From contig JBAXGL010000001.1 of the NCBI GenBank assembly GCA_037139375.1, positions 1-44,265 on the forward strand: 44,265 nucleotides of DNA, written 5' to 3'. Positions within the stretch are counted from its first letter, which is position 1; every line of letters begins with the position of its first letter. Made by a program: the position numbers and the translations under genes. Below are positions 28,984 through 37,917 of this stretch, one piece after another. Source of the stretch: Bacteroidales bacterium. GTDB lineage: Bacteria > Bacteroidota > Bacteroidia > Bacteroidales > UBA7332. Below the pieces are notes generated by a model. It saw nothing but the letters and a program-made list of their open reading frames with translations, was not told the DNA's origin and made no database searches.

Positions 28984-31239
28984 ATGAATCATCAATTTAA
29001 AATAATTTTCTTATTATTCTTAATCGTGTTATTTCCTTTTGGGAAAATGTATTCAGCAAATCAAAAAATGCTCTATAAGGATGCCAAGGCTTCTATTGAA
29101 AAGCGTATTTCAGATTTATTGAAACGCATGACAATTGATGAAAAAGCAGGGCAATTGAATCAACTAAATGGAGGAGTATCGACAGGTCCTTTAGCTATTG
29201 AATCTAAATCAAAAGAGGCTATTCAGCTAATTAAGGAAGGTAAGGTAGGATCTTTTCTGAATATTGATGGTGTGGCTGATACAAAGAAATATCAGCGCAT
29301 GGCTATAGATGAAACTCGCCTAGGAATTCCACTGTTGTTTGCTAAAGATGTAATTCACGGGTACAAAACGATTTTTCCTATTCCATTGGCCGAAGCTTGT
29401 AGTTGGGATTTAAAATCTATTGAACAAAATGCATCTGTGGCAGCTGCTGAGGCTTCTGCAGCTGGGATTCATTGGACATTTGCTCCGATGTGCGATATTA
29501 GCACCGATCCGCGTTGGGGGCGAGTGATGGAAGGTGCTGGAGAGGATTCTTATCTTGGTGGATTGATATCAGCAGCTCGTGTTCGTGGTTTTCAGGGCGA
29601 TTTGACTGACGGAAAGCATATTATGGCTTGTGTGAAACATTTTGCAGCTTACGGAGCAGTAGAGGCAGGTAAGGAATATGCACATGTGGATGTTTCGCGT
29701 TTTGCCTTGTGGAATAAGTATTTACCTCCTTACAAAGCAGCAATCGACGCTGGTGCTGCAACCATTATGAACTCTTTTAATGTATTTGAAGGTGTACCAT
29801 CGACTGCCAATATCTATTTGAATCATGCTGTTTTGAAGGATAAATTCAAGTTCAAAGGTTTCGCCATAAGTGATTGGGACACTTATTCGGAAATGATCAA
29901 TCACGGATATGCCGCTGATAAAAAAGATGCCTTAGAAAAGGCCTTAAAAGGTGGTGGAATGATGGAAATGAACAGTTCGTTGACCGTAAAATATCTACCT
30001 GAATTGATTAAAGAAGAACGAATATCGATGAGAATTGTTGATGATGCAGTTCGTCGTATTTTGTATTATAAATTCAAATTGGGGCTATTCGATAATCCCT
30101 ATCGATATTGCGATGAAAGTCGAGAAAAGAGTGAATCATTGTCTGCATCGAATAGAGCAATTGCGCGAAAAGCCGCTTGTGAAAGTATGGTTTTGCTGAA
30201 AAATGAAAAGGCGTTATTGCCCTTGAAAACCAATGCGAAAGTAGCTTTAATTGGCTATTATGCCAAAAATAAAGCGGATATGTTCGATTTTTGGATTGCA
30301 CAGGGCGATTTTATTAAGGCAGTTTCGATGTATGAAGGTTTGGCTGCGAAGTTTCCTAATTTGAATTATAGTGATGGATACAATCCAGATGCTTCTACCT
30401 CTGATTCGCTTATTAATGCAGCTCTCGAAACTGCAAAAAATGCGGATGTATTACTCGTAAATATTGGACTTTCAGGGAAGAAAGCTGGTGAAGACCGCTC
30501 GCTTGCCAATATTAAAATCCCCCTTGGACAACAACGCTTACTAGCTGAACTTCGCAAAACAGGCAAACCCATTTTGGCTCTTGTAAGCAGTGGACGGCCA
30601 TTAGTTTTAACACAAATTACCGAATTAACTGATGCCATTCTTCAATGCTGGATTCCTGGCACAGAGACTGGCAATGCCGTAGCAGATTTGGTTTCAGGAG
30701 CAGTTAATCCTTCGGGAAAAACAGTGATGAGTTTTCCCATAGATGAAGGGCAAATACCTGTTTATTACAACTATTTCATAACGGGTCGACCTACATCACC
30801 GAATGGTTCTGGTGATTGGTACTCACGCTACCGTGATATCCCGAATACACCTCTTTTCCCATTTGGTTTTGGTTTGAGTTACACCACTTTTAGCTATTCT
30901 GATTTAAAAACCGATAAAATTAAATTTCAAAAGTCTGATGTTGTAAATGTGTCAGTGTCGGTGAATAATACTGGTAAATACGATGGTGAGGAAATAGTGC
31001 AATTATACATACGCGATGTGGCTGCATCCTATATTCGCCCCGTGAAGGAGTTAAAAGCTTTTGAAAAAATTGTATTGAAAGTAGGTGAAGAAAAACGTGT
31101 TAAATTTGCACTTTCAGCTAAGGATTTTAGCTTTTTTGATATGGACGGAAATACGCTTTTGGAATCAGGAAAATTTGAAATTTTTGTTGGAAGAAGTTCA
31201 GATGATGTTTCTAAAATAGATTTGGAATTACTAAAATGA
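28984..31239 (+). CDS. bglX: GH3 periplasmic beta-glucosidase BglX-like
   Basis: TRLGIPLLFAKDVIHG, WTFAPMCDISTDPRWGRVMEGAGED, CVKHFAAYG, ISDW, AGEDRS, FPFGFGLSYT, RPVKELKAF; signal peptide. Confidence 0.9.
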   Translation: MNHQFKIIFLLFLIVLFPFGKMYSANQKMLYKDAKASIEKRISDLLKRMTIDEKAGQLNQLNGGVSTGPLAIESKSKEAIQLIKEGKVGSFLNIDGVADTKKYQRMAIDETRLGIPLLFAKDVIHGYKTIFPIPLAEACSWDLKSIEQNASVAAAEASAAGIHWTFAPMCDISTDPRWGRVMEGAGEDSYLGGLISAARVRGFQGDLTDGKHIMACVKHFAAYGAVEAGKEYAHVDVSRFALWNKYLPPYKAAIDAGAATIMNSFNVFEGVPSTANIYLNHAVLKDKFKFKGFAISDWDTYSEMINHGYAADKKDALEKALKGGGMMEMNSSLTVKYLPELIKEERISMRIVDDAVRRILYYKFKLGLFDNPYRYCDESREKSESLSASNRAIARKAACESMVLLKNEKALLPLKTNAKVALIGYYAKNKADMFDFWIAQGDFIKAVSMYEGLAAKFPNLNYSDGYNPDASTSDSLINAALETAKNADVLLVNIGLSGKKAGEDRSLANIKIPLGQQRLLAELRKTGKPILALVSSGRPLVLTQITELTDAILQCWIPGTETGNAVADLVSGAVNPSGKTVMSFPIDEGQIPVYYNYFITGRPTSPNGSGDWYSRYRDIPNTPLFPFGFGLSYTTFSYSDLKTDKIKFQKSDVVNVSVSVNNTGKYDGEEIVQLYIRDVAASYIRPVKELKAFEKIVLKVGEEKRVKFALSAKDFSFFDMDGNTLLESGKFEIFVGRSSDDVSKIDLELLK

Positions 31240-33452
31240 AAAACAGACTATTAACATTTCTATTTCTTCTATTGCAAATACTGATGTTTTCAGTTTTTGC
31301 CCAAAAACCATACGAAGTTGCCAGCTACCCTGATGAATCAGGATTTCAACTTCGTATCAAAAATGCATTGACTATCTTAGCAGATAAAGGTTTTGGGAAA
31401 ATAAGTCTGTCATTCTCCAGATGCCCCGATACAGGATTGCCAGTTTATAAATATGCTATTGAAGGGGAGGAGATTATTTCGCCCTACACAGGCAAAAAAT
31501 ACAAGCAGCCAGCAACGGATTATTTTGCAGCAAAACAACGTAACGAGCAAGGTGAAATTACAGCTTTTGGTGGCGATCCATTAAAATATGATTTGCCACC
31601 AGCTACCGCCTCGATGCTGTTGGGTAGAAAGGTAAAAGAAGTAAAATATTTCTTGTCGATTCCCGGAAATTTAAGTCAGCAATATCATTTTGCTGCCAAA
31701 AACTGGGTTCGCTTTTATGCGCTTTTGGCTGATACGATGGGAGATACGTGGAAATTGAAACTTCAAAAAGCAGTTGCAAATTACAACGAAAATACCCGTG
31801 TTTCTGACGATGGAAAAAGGTGGTTGAAACTTTCTTATCCACATAATTTAGTGGGGCAAACTGGTTATTTATTAGGCGGAAATGCCATTGATGGTGGCAC
31901 AGAAAACCATAAAATAATGTGGCGAACGAGCGGACTTTTGTACGCACAATTATTTCCTGATACAGCTAAGATTTCGGGTATGGTTGCACCCAAAGCAGCA
32001 ACTTTAACTAAAGAAATGTTGCGCGATTTTTTGAAGAAGCTATTGGTTTCGGGTAATGGCGAATACGATTCCGAAATTTATTATCCGCATAGCATTGAAG
32101 GTTTTCTAAATCTATATGACTTTTCGCCCGATTCGGAATCTCGGCAGTTGGCAAAGTTTGCACTAGATTATTATTTTGCAACCTATGGACTTAAATCGGT
32201 GGATGGTATGATTGCCGGAGCACAAAAACGCGGTTATTTATGCAACGGAAAACCGAGTGAGATGGAAACAATGTTGTGGGTTTTTGCCGGTGTAGGTAGT
32301 TGGGATTTTAAAAATGCTGAAATTCCTATCCATATAACTACGACGAAATATCGCCCTAATAAGGTTATTCTCAATATTATTCAAAAGAAACTTTCCTTGC
32401 CCTTTGAGTCTAAAATGAGCCGACCATTTTATAATATGGACAAATCAATGGCATTTGCAGAGAGTTTTTATTGTTCGCAAAATTATGCGTTGGGAAATGT
32501 GCAAAACAGCATTGTAGATAATCCGAACCAGCAAATGATATGGTCGCTAGTGACAAAAAGTGATCAACATCCCTTGTGTTTCAGCGGTGTTCAGCCATTA
32601 CGTGGTTCTACTTCGGGGCATAGTCCTTATACACAAACGCTTCATTCCAAAGGAACAATGATAGTAATGACGGCAGCCACGCAATTTAATGCGAAAATAG
32701 ACACGGCATCGCCTCCAACACCGGCAGGAATTGTACGTGCTAACTATTGGCATTTAGCATTCAGCGAGCAACCCCATAACTATGAATTGTACGCTCGACA
32801 GAAATACGCCAGTAAACCGTTACACAAAGTGAATTTTCCAAATGTGAATAGTGTAATTTCTATTGAGCAATTTTGGAATGATAGTAAAAACAGTGCTTCC
32901 ACTTGGTTTATTTATCCTAACGAAATAAAGCCGAAATTGATGAATGGAAAATACTTTTTCGAAACACCTAAAGCGTGGATAGCTTTAATTCCGTTAAAAG
33001 GGAGTACTGGATTTAATGTTACACCATCAAACACAATTGTCTGCGAAATGAAAAATGAAGAAGCTAAGAAGTTTTTCAATGATTATAATTTAATCAGTTT
33101 TGCGGGCGATGTCTCCGGTTATGTGGTAGAAACTACGGATAAAAGTCGCTTTTCAACCTTGGCAGATTGGGCTGATTCCTTGCAAAAATCCACGAAATTA
33201 AATTTTTCAAAACAGACTAAAACGGTGAATTATCAATCGGCATACAACGAAAGATTGGAAATGCACTACCAAGCCGATAGACTACGACCGACAGCCAAAC
33301 TGAATGGTAAACTTATAGATTTTGAAAACTATACAAAGGGTGCAGTGTATCAATGTCCATTTTTATCGGTTAAAAATGGTGTTATGAAAGTCACGGATGG
33401 TATTTCGTCATTTACAGTTGATTTTACCGGCAATTTGCCAGTTTATAAATAA
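31236..33452 (+). CDS. Uncharacterised secreted protein, putative polysaccharide lyase-like (alpha/alpha toroid + beta-sandwich)
   Basis: 738 aa with signal peptide, ATGA overlap with the upstream GH3; GGTENHKIM and GNGEYDSEIYY...LNLYDF..D...A..ALDY...GAQKRGY motifs. The ORF is well supported; the function is inferred. Confidence 0.5.
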   Translation: MKNRLLTFLFLLLQILMFSVFAQKPYEVASYPDESGFQLRIKNALTILADKGFGKISLSFSRCPDTGLPVYKYAIEGEEIISPYTGKKYKQPATDYFAAKQRNEQGEITAFGGDPLKYDLPPATASMLLGRKVKEVKYFLSIPGNLSQQYHFAAKNWVRFYALLADTMGDTWKLKLQKAVANYNENTRVSDDGKRWLKLSYPHNLVGQTGYLLGGNAIDGGTENHKIMWRTSGLLYAQLFPDTAKISGMVAPKAATLTKEMLRDFLKKLLVSGNGEYDSEIYYPHSIEGFLNLYDFSPDSESRQLAKFALDYYFATYGLKSVDGMIAGAQKRGYLCNGKPSEMETMLWVFAGVGSWDFKNAEIPIHITTTKYRPNKVILNIIQKKLSLPFESKMSRPFYNMDKSMAFAESFYCSQNYALGNVQNSIVDNPNQQMIWSLVTKSDQHPLCFSGVQPLRGSTSGHSPYTQTLHSKGTMIVMTAATQFNAKIDTASPPTPAGIVRANYWHLAFSEQPHNYELYARQKYASKPLHKVNFPNVNSVISIEQFWNDSKNSASTWFIYPNEIKPKLMNGKYFFETPKAWIALIPLKGSTGFNVTPSNTIVCEMKNEEAKKFFNDYNLISFAGDVSGYVVETTDKSRFSTLADWADSLQKSTKLNFSKQTKTVNYQSAYNERLEMHYQADRLRPTAKLNGKLIDFENYTKGAVYQCPFLSVKNGVMKVTDGISSFTVDFTGNLPVYK

Positions 33453-33461
33453 AATTTGAGA

Positions 33462-35492
33462 ATGAGAAAATTTGAAAATTTGAAAAAGAAGAAAACAGTA
33501 ATTACATTTTTATTCTTAGTAGTCCTTCAGCTCAATGCACAAACCATCAATACCGATATATGTATTTATGGTGGAACTTCAGCTGGAATTGTTTCTGCTG
33601 TTTCTGCTGACCGATTGGGGAAAAAGGTATTGATTATTGAACCGTCCAACTATTTAGGAGGCTTATCCACAAGCGGTTTGGGCGAAACTGACATAGGTAA
33701 CAAGTTTGCAGTTACATGTATTTCGCGCGATTTTTACCGTCAACTTGGTAAGTATTATGGTGAGTTTGAAATGTGGAAATTTGAACCACATGTTGGGCTT
33801 GATATTTTCAATTCTTATTTGAAAAGCACTCAAGTCGAAACAATCAAAAACTATGAATTGACTTCAGTTTTCAAACGTAATGGTAAGATTGAAGAGGTAG
33901 AATTTACTTGTACTTCCAAAAAATCGGAAATGATAAAAGTGAAAGCAAAAATGTTTATCGATGCCTCATACGAAGGCGATTTGATGGCAAAAGCCGGAGT
34001 TTCGTATATGCTTGGACGCGAAGACAACGTACTTTACGGCGAAACAATCAATGGTGTGCAAATAAGAGAAAAACACCAATTCCCAGATGGTATTTCACCT
34101 TATATCATTCCAAACGATTCAAATAGTGGACTTTGCTATGGCATTCAAAAGGAAATGCTTTTGCCTTTTGGTACTGGCGACAAAAAGATGCAAGCTTACA
34201 ATTTCCGCTATTGTTTGACTAAAAATAAGAACAATTTTATTCCAGTCACTGCTCCTGTCGATTACGACCCTACGAAATATGAATTGCTAAAACGGGTTAT
34301 TGCTCAGCGAATTGGATTGGGTTGGAAACACATTCTGAAATCGTATTTATTGATAAACGAAATGCCCAACGGTAAAACTGACATCAACAATATGGGGCCA
34401 TTCTCAACTGATTTTATTGGTGAAAATTGGAATTATGTAGAAGCTGATTTTGCAACGCGTCAAAAGATTGCTAAGGCTCACGAAAATTACATCAAAGGTT
34501 TACTTTTCTTTCTCGGAAACGACTCATCTGTGCCCACAGAACTTCGTAATGAAATGAAAAGTTGGGGGTATGCCAAAGATGAATTTACCGACCATGGTGG
34601 TTTTCCACATCAAATTTATGTGCGCGAAGGTCGGCGAATGATTGGCGAATACGTGATGACAGAGCATAATTGTGTGGGAAAAACAACAGTTACTGATGGC
34701 ATTGGCTTGGCAGCTTACACTATGGATTCGCATAATTGTCAGCGCATTGTGGTAAATGGCATGGTGAAAAATGAAGGTGATGTGCAAGTTGGAGGTTTTC
34801 CACCGTATCCAATTTCGTATCGCTCTATCGTTCCGCAACGAAAGGAATGTACGAATCTGTTAGTGCCTGTTGCACTCTCGGCAACACACATTGCATTTGG
34901 CTCAATCCGCATGGAACCTGTGTTTATGGTTCTTGCGCAATCGGCTGCAGTGGCAGCTTGTATGGCTATTGATGCAGATGTTGATGTTCAAACAGTTAAT
35001 GTGAAGCAATTGCAAAAAACCTTGCTGAGTAACCCACTTTTAAACGGAACAAAACCTGAAGTGTTGATTGATAATTCCGATAAAAAAAATGTAAAAGTTA
35101 CAGGAAATTGGGTAAAAACTAAAATGAAGGAATCTTCGTACAAGATGGATTATCTGCTGGTTAATGCTGATTCAACTGCTGTTAATAGTGTCAAATTCTC
35201 ACCAAGTTTAAATCAAACAGGCACTTATAGTATTTATTTTTATTGCCCCGAAAAGCCAGTTGATGCTCCACATTGGGCAGCATCGGTTACGCTCAAGGTG
35301 TTTGATGGTAAAAACACCGATAATGTGATTGTCAATCAGGAAAAGCACCGTCACCATTGGGTAAAAGTGGGAGAATATAAAATGGATACAAAAGCAAAAC
35401 CATCTATTGAAGTGGTCGCTGATAAAACTGGTGTAGCCATTACAGATGCGTTTATTCTTGTTCCCACTTTAAACGAGAAACAAACTAAGTGA
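33462..35492 (+). CDS. Secreted FAD-dependent oxidoreductase (FAD_oxidored type) with C-terminal golvesin/Xly-like module
   Basis: DICIYGGTSAGIVSA Rossmann motif, GGLSTSGLG, FIDASYEGDLMAKAGV, MQAYNFR, YVREGRR, YTMDSH, SATHIAFGSIRMEP; C-terminal VLIDNSD..GNW..GTYSIY..WVKVGEY..DAFILVP. Confidence 0.85.
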   Translation: MRKFENLKKKKTVITFLFLVVLQLNAQTINTDICIYGGTSAGIVSAVSADRLGKKVLIIEPSNYLGGLSTSGLGETDIGNKFAVTCISRDFYRQLGKYYGEFEMWKFEPHVGLDIFNSYLKSTQVETIKNYELTSVFKRNGKIEEVEFTCTSKKSEMIKVKAKMFIDASYEGDLMAKAGVSYMLGREDNVLYGETINGVQIREKHQFPDGISPYIIPNDSNSGLCYGIQKEMLLPFGTGDKKMQAYNFRYCLTKNKNNFIPVTAPVDYDPTKYELLKRVIAQRIGLGWKHILKSYLLINEMPNGKTDINNMGPFSTDFIGENWNYVEADFATRQKIAKAHENYIKGLLFFLGNDSSVPTELRNEMKSWGYAKDEFTDHGGFPHQIYVREGRRMIGEYVMTEHNCVGKTTVTDGIGLAAYTMDSHNCQRIVVNGMVKNEGDVQVGGFPPYPISYRSIVPQRKECTNLLVPVALSATHIAFGSIRMEPVFMVLAQSAAVAACMAIDADVDVQTVNVKQLQKTLLSNPLLNGTKPEVLIDNSDKKNVKVTGNWVKTKMKESSYKMDYLLVNADSTAVNSVKFSPSLNQTGTYSIYFYCPEKPVDAPHWAASVTLKVFDGKNTDNVIVNQEKHRHHWVKVGEYKMDTKAKPSIEVVADKTGVAITDAFILVPTLNEKQTK

Positions 35493-35521
35493 TTTTGAGT
35501 TATTCTATGTCAAAAATTACG

Positions 35522-37882
35522 ATGAAAAAAATCGTACTTCTATTTTTCACCATATTTTGTTCGCATTTTGGTGCACATGCTTTTGATAATAAGAGCTGGG
35601 ATGCCCAATGGATTGCACATCCCCAAGCCGATTTGCTTAATTATGGCGTGTTTCATTTTCGCAAAACGATTACTTTATCGGAAAAACCAACCACATTTCC
35701 AGTTCGTATTTCTGCCGACAATAAATACAAATTATTTGTAAATGGAATTTATGTAAGTTCCGGTTCTGTGCTGGGCGATGCGAACAACTGGTTTTACGAC
35801 AGCATTGACATTGCTCCTTTTTTAGTAAACGGCGAAAACACGATAGCTGCTTTGGTTTGGAATTTTGGAAATGAAAAGGGCGAAAATCAAATTTCGATGA
35901 AATCTGCATTCATTCTGCAAGCTGAAAACGGCTTACAAAATAGTGTAAATACAAATCATACGTGGAAAGTAGAAAAGAGTAAATCCTATTTTCCAAAAGC
36001 AATATTGAAAGGCGATGAAACAGGCTATTCTGTTATTGGTTGTGGCGATAGTATTGAGGGAAGTAAAAACAATTGGGAATGGAAAACTGCTGCCACCGAA
36101 AATTGGAATAATGCAAAAATATTAGAAAATGGCAATCCGAAAGAATTTGGTTCGGGTTGCATCTGGGCACTAACGCCTCGAATGATCCCGATGATGGATG
36201 AAAAAATGCAACGATTTTCGGTGGTGCGTCGTTCGTCGCTGAATGTTAGTGAAGGTTTTTTGACTGGCAAAGATAAGCTAAACATTGCCCCACATTCCAC
36301 TGTTAGTATTTTGTTTGACCAAACTACAATGATCAATGCTTTTCCTACGCTCACTTTCAGCAATGGCAAAGGTGCAAAGATTACGCTGACCTACTGCGAA
36401 TCGTTATTTGATAGCAAAGGTCGAAAGGGTAATCGCAACGAAATAGACAATAAAACGGCCAAAGGACTAAAGGATGTTATTGTGGCAAGTGGCGATTCAA
36501 ATTGTTTGTTTCAACCGCTCGAATATCGCACCTACCGATACTTGCAATTAGACATTACAACTGCAGAAGAAGCATTGGTGTTGGATAATTTTCAAGAAAC
36601 GGCCGTTGGCTATCCATTCGTCCAAAAGGCAAACTTTACAAGCAACGACAGTTCCTTGACCAAACTTTGGAATGTCGGTTGGCGCACCGCCCGCCTTTGT
36701 GCCATGGATACGTATATGGATTGTCCGTTTTATGAGCGGCTACAATATGTGGGTGATACACGCATTCAGGCACGTATATCGCTTTATGTGGCTGTCGACG
36801 ATCGACTAATGCGTCAGGCAATTTATATGCTCAACAGTTCACGCATTGGTGAAGGATTGACGCTGAGTAGTTATCCTTCCAATGCCACTCAGAAAGTGAT
36901 TCCGACCTTCTCGCTCTTTTGGGTAGATATGATTTACGATTACATCATGCACCGTAGCGACAAGGATTTTACCCGACAATTTTTGCCCGGAATTTATGGT
37001 GTACTTCATTGGTATGAACAACACTTAGATGTTAAAACAGGCATGTTGGGTAAAACGCCTTATTGGAGTTTTGTGGATTGGGCTAAAGAGTGGCCTTGGG
37101 ACAATAAAATCAAAGAAGGTGGTGTTCCTTTTGGAGGTGACGATGGAGGTTCATCCATTACCACATTACAATATGTCTATACTTTGCAACATGCGGCGGC
37201 AATATTCAACGCACATAGAAAGCCTGACCAAGCTAAGTATTATACCCTTTTAGCAAATAAAATTTCAAAAGCTGTGTATCAAAATTGCTGGGACGAAAAA
37301 CGACAATTATTGGCTGATACGCCAGATAAAACTACTTTCAGTCAACACGCCAATATCTGGGGTGTGCTAACTAATACCATACCACCCAAACTGCAAAAAG
37401 CACTGATGACAAAAGTGCTAAAAGATAAATCGCTGATTCAATGCACCATGTATTTTCGGTATTATCTTTCACAAGCATTGTATCAAGTCGGTTTAGGCAA
37501 TGAATATATTGCCTCGCTCGAACCATGGAAACAAGCATTATCATTAGGTTTAACAACTTTCCCCGAAACTCCTGAACCTACACGCAGCGATTGCCATGCT
37601 TGGAGTGCCAGTCCGAATTACGATTTATTGGCAACAGTATGCGGAATACGACCCATGGAAGTTGGCTTTCGGAAAGTGCGTATTGCCCCGAATCTTGGCA
37701 GTCTGAAAAATGTAGCAGCACAAATGCCACATCCTTTAGGTGAAATAAAAGTGAAATTTAAACGACATGGTACAAGCGGAATCGAAGCTGAGATAACATT
37801 GCCGGCAGAACTTACCGGTGAATTTGTTTGGAATGGAAAAGTAAAAAAAATTGCATCGGGTTTAAATAATATTATATTGTAG
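35522..37882 (+). CDS. GH78 alpha-L-rhamnosidase
   Basis: ISADNKYKLFVNG, YMDCPFYERLQYVGD, FVDW, GLTTFPETPEPTRSDCHAWSASP; start at ATG 35522 (or 35507) gives a signal peptide. Confidence 0.88.
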   Translation: MKKIVLLFFTIFCSHFGAHAFDNKSWDAQWIAHPQADLLNYGVFHFRKTITLSEKPTTFPVRISADNKYKLFVNGIYVSSGSVLGDANNWFYDSIDIAPFLVNGENTIAALVWNFGNEKGENQISMKSAFILQAENGLQNSVNTNHTWKVEKSKSYFPKAILKGDETGYSVIGCGDSIEGSKNNWEWKTAATENWNNAKILENGNPKEFGSGCIWALTPRMIPMMDEKMQRFSVVRRSSLNVSEGFLTGKDKLNIAPHSTVSILFDQTTMINAFPTLTFSNGKGAKITLTYCESLFDSKGRKGNRNEIDNKTAKGLKDVIVASGDSNCLFQPLEYRTYRYLQLDITTAEEALVLDNFQETAVGYPFVQKANFTSNDSSLTKLWNVGWRTARLCAMDTYMDCPFYERLQYVGDTRIQARISLYVAVDDRLMRQAIYMLNSSRIGEGLTLSSYPSNATQKVIPTFSLFWVDMIYDYIMHRSDKDFTRQFLPGIYGVLHWYEQHLDVKTGMLGKTPYWSFVDWAKEWPWDNKIKEGGVPFGGDDGGSSITTLQYVYTLQHAAAIFNAHRKPDQAKYYTLLANKISKAVYQNCWDEKRQLLADTPDKTTFSQHANIWGVLTNTIPPKLQKALMTKVLKDKSLIQCTMYFRYYLSQALYQVGLGNEYIASLEPWKQALSLGLTTFPETPEPTRSDCHAWSASPNYDLLATVCGIRPMEVGFRKVRIAPNLGSLKNVAAQMPHPLGEIKVKFKRHGTSGIEAEITLPAELTGEFVWNGKVKKIASGLNNIIL

Positions 37883-37917
37883 CCCTATTTATTTGCGACA
37901 AATTAAAATTTATAATT

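Noticed and set aside
33462-35492. Xanthan lyase (PL8)
   Set aside because: The catalytic part is a Rossmann FAD oxidoreductase; only the small C-terminal module resembles xanthan lyase appendages.
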